This document shows positions 46,562 through 52,140 of a DNA stretch of 52,140 nucleotides, piece after piece (within the stretch, counting starts at the first letter, position 1; the number at the start of each line of letters is the position of its first letter). The position numbers and the translations under genes were made by a program. The DNA is from Desulfurococcales archaeon (lineage in GTDB: Archaea > Thermoproteota > Thermoprotei_A > Sulfolobales > Desulfurococcaceae), in the NCBI GenBank assembly GCA_027064845.1, contig JAMOPC010000159.1, forward strand, positions 1 through 52,140. The letters are read 5' to 3'. The notes beneath the pieces are model-generated. The model worked only from the letters and a program-made list of their open reading frames with translations, did no database searches and was not told the DNA's origin.

Positions 46562-46881
46562 TCACTCTCCTCCTCCATAACTATGTCTAAAATATTTGAT
46601 TGTCCGGGATCAACTATGGCCATTGCGGCTACGCTGAATGGTTTTCCAGCAAGTGTTCCTAATTCTATATTTGTTCCAGGGAACTTATATACTGGGATGT
46701 TTGAGAGCTTTGCATAGTATTCTATATCTCTCTTGAGTTCTGGTGGCGCGTTTGCAGCTATTACTACTAGTTTAGCTTTTCCATGTAGTACTAGTTTTAG
46801 TGTTTTCTTGCTTCCCAAGACTACTTCTCCTGTTTTTATAGCCATTTGTAAAGCGCGTACGAAGTCTATTGTTGAGACCAT
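46558..46881 (-). CDS. rpl30e: Ribosomal protein L30e (eL30)
   Basis: GEVVLGSKKTLKLVLHGKAKLVVIAANAPPE is canonical eL30. There is a 4-nt overlap with nusA. Confidence 0.9.
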   Translation of the reverse strand: MVSTIDFVRALQMAIKTGEVVLGSKKTLKLVLHGKAKLVVIAANAPPELKRDIEYYAKLSNIPVYKFPGTNIELGTLAGKPFSVAAMAIVDPGQSNILDIVMEEESE

Positions 46882-46887
46882 TTCTTA

Positions 46888-50786
<3,899 letters not shown>

Positions 50787-50797
50787 GGGTGAGCACC

Positions 50798-52140
50798 TTA
50801 GATCATTTTTCTGATATCTTCTAGTCTTAGGCGTGGCATAATGCACATGCTCATTAGTTCTTGTATGAGGAGCTTGAAAGCATAAGATACTTCTACTGGT
50901 TTAAGCTTGCCCTTGTCTTTGTGTATTGGGCACATATATTTTCCTCTTATCCTGTCATAGTATCCTATGTGTCCACAGATTTCGCACACGTATATTATTG
51001 TTCTATCGCTTTTATCCAGCATTTGTTCCTTGAGAAGCAGTGATGCACCGTGACCTACTAGACAGTCTACCTCCATTTCTCCGAATCTTAGTCCTCCTTC
51101 TTTTGCACGTCCTTCTGTTGGTTGTCTTGTGAGTATTTGTACGGGTCCTCTTGCACGTGCGTGGATCTTATCTGCTACCATGTGGTGTAGTTTCTGATAG
51201 TATACTATTCCTATGAATATCGGTGCTTGTAGTATCTCACCTGTTCTACCATCATACATTGTCTCCATACCGTTCATTGGGTATCCGTGTCTCTTGAGCA
51301 TTATCATGAGGTTCTCAATGGGTTCTTTATGGAATGGTGTAGCATCTACAAATCTGCCTTCTAAAGCTGCTGCTTTACCAGCTATGCTTTCAATTAATTG
51401 TCCAACAGTCATTCTTGATGGGAAAGCATGTGGGTTAATGATTAGGTCTGGGACTATTCCTTCCTCGGTGAAGGGCATGTTGTACTGGGGTACAAGTAAG
51501 CCTATTACTCCTTTCTGCCCGTGTCTTGAAGCAAACTTGTCTCCGAGTTCTGGTATTCTTAGGTCTCTTACTCTGACTTTTACGAGTCTGTTTCCATCAC
51601 CATCTGTTGTAAGCATTACTACATCTACTACTCCTTTTTCTCCGTGACGTGTTACTACACTTGCATCTTGTCTAGTAATGCCTGCTCCCACAGCGTATTC
51701 TTGTGCGGTCATGAATCTGGGCGGGCTCACTTTTCCAATGAGTACGTCTCCTCCTTTCACGGGGGTTTCAGGTGCTACTATTCCATCCTCGTCTAGTTTT
51801 TCGTATGCTTTCGGTCCACGGTATCCTCGTACGTTGCTTGATGGTATTGTTATTTTATCTTCTTGTCCTCCTGGGTACCTGTACTCTACTGTGGAGTATA
51901 GTCTGAAGAATGTACTTCTCGCTAATCCTCTATCAACGCTGCTCTTGTTCATTATGAGAGCGTCTTCTATGTTGTATCCAGTGAAGCTCATAACGGCTAC
52001 TACCATGTTCTGTCCAGCTGGTCTCTCGTTGTAACCGTTTACTTCCATAGCTCTTGTTTGTACTAAGGGTTTTTGTGGGTAGTGTAGTAGGTGTCCGCGT
52101 GTATCCATTCTTCTCTGGAAGTTTGCGGCATAGAGTCCTA
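50798..52140 (-). CDS. rpoB: DNA-directed RNA polymerase subunit B (Rpo2), C-terminal part; the gene continues beyond the window
   Basis: Contains [24 protein letters not shown] and a C-terminal zinc ribbon CEICGH...CPIH. The frame stays open upstream of the ORF-track Met (..[13 protein letters not shown]..) to the window end. Confidence 0.95.
   Translation of the reverse strand, partial: GLYAANFQRRMDTRGHLLHYPQKPLVQTRAMEVNGYNERPAGQNMVVAVMSFTGYNIEDALIMNKSSVDRGLARSTFFRLYSTVEYRYPGGQEDKITIPSSNVRGYRGPKAYEKLDEDGIVAPETPVKGGDVLIGKVSPPRFMTAQEYAVGAGITRQDASVVTRHGEKGVVDVVMLTTDGDGNRLVKVRVRDLRIPELGDKFASRHGQKGVIGLLVPQYNMPFTEEGIVPDLIINPHAFPSRMTVGQLIESIAGKAAALEGRFVDATPFHKEPIENLMIMLKRHGYPMNGMETMYDGRTGEILQAPIFIGIVYYQKLHHMVADKIHARARGPVQILTRQPTEGRAKEGGLRFGEMEVDCLVGHGASLLLKEQMLDKSDRTIIYVCEICGHIGYYDRIRGKYMCPIHKDKGKLKPVEVSYAFKLLIQELMSMCIMPRLRLEDIRKMI

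Noticed and set aside
51213-52034. Plus-strand ORFs opposite rpoB, with similar ones opposite rpoA' and rpoA'' (47039..50814)
   Set aside because: They are the same shadow-frame artefact and all lie inside strongly conserved RNAP genes.

Overview
This 52 kb window is from an AT-rich archaeal chromosome and looks like a hyperthermophilic crenarchaeote (Thermoprotei). The signs are a Dpo1-type PolB1, an aKMT-like methyltransferase, L38e, split RpoA'/A'' with an unsplit RpoB, and GC-rich intron-containing tRNAs in an AT-rich background. It is almost entirely core information-processing DNA. From 52.1 kb down to 37.1 kb the minus strand carries the classical block rpoB-rpoA'-rpoA''-L30e-nusA-S12-S7-EF1alpha-S10 and S13-S4-S11-rpoD-L18e-L13-S9-rpoN-S2. 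Next come MEMO, IDI-2 and GluRS, then the L7Ae/S28e/L24e/ndk/aIF5B/S6e/aIF2gamma/PIN/Rpo7/Spt4/DUF359/S24e/S27ae/Kae1/Bud32 neighbourhood. Further down are S15, a RecJ/Cdc45-like gene, S3Ae, and an L15e/DUF54/Rpp30/Pop5 RNase P block. The left 12 kb holds PolB1, NAC, S26e, several RNA and protein methyltransferases, and a small membrane glycosyltransferase/PIG-L cluster. There are four tRNAs, three of them with introns. I found no CRISPR array, transposase, integrase, rRNA or recognisable defence or mobile system, and no convincing novel multi-gene system. The points most worth follow-up are: (1) four unannotated C/D-box sRNA-like elements in intergenic gaps; (2) a stand-alone encapsulated-ferritin-like gene with no shell gene nearby; (3) a Pop5 ORF with an N-terminal transmembrane plus coiled-coil extension; (4) a DUF151 nuclease-like gene inserted antisense between rps12 and rps7; (5) single-gene orientation flips inside a conserved cluster; (6) a membrane-protein ORF that ends inside a tRNA gene. 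All functional calls come from reading the translations and motifs from memory. No searches were run.
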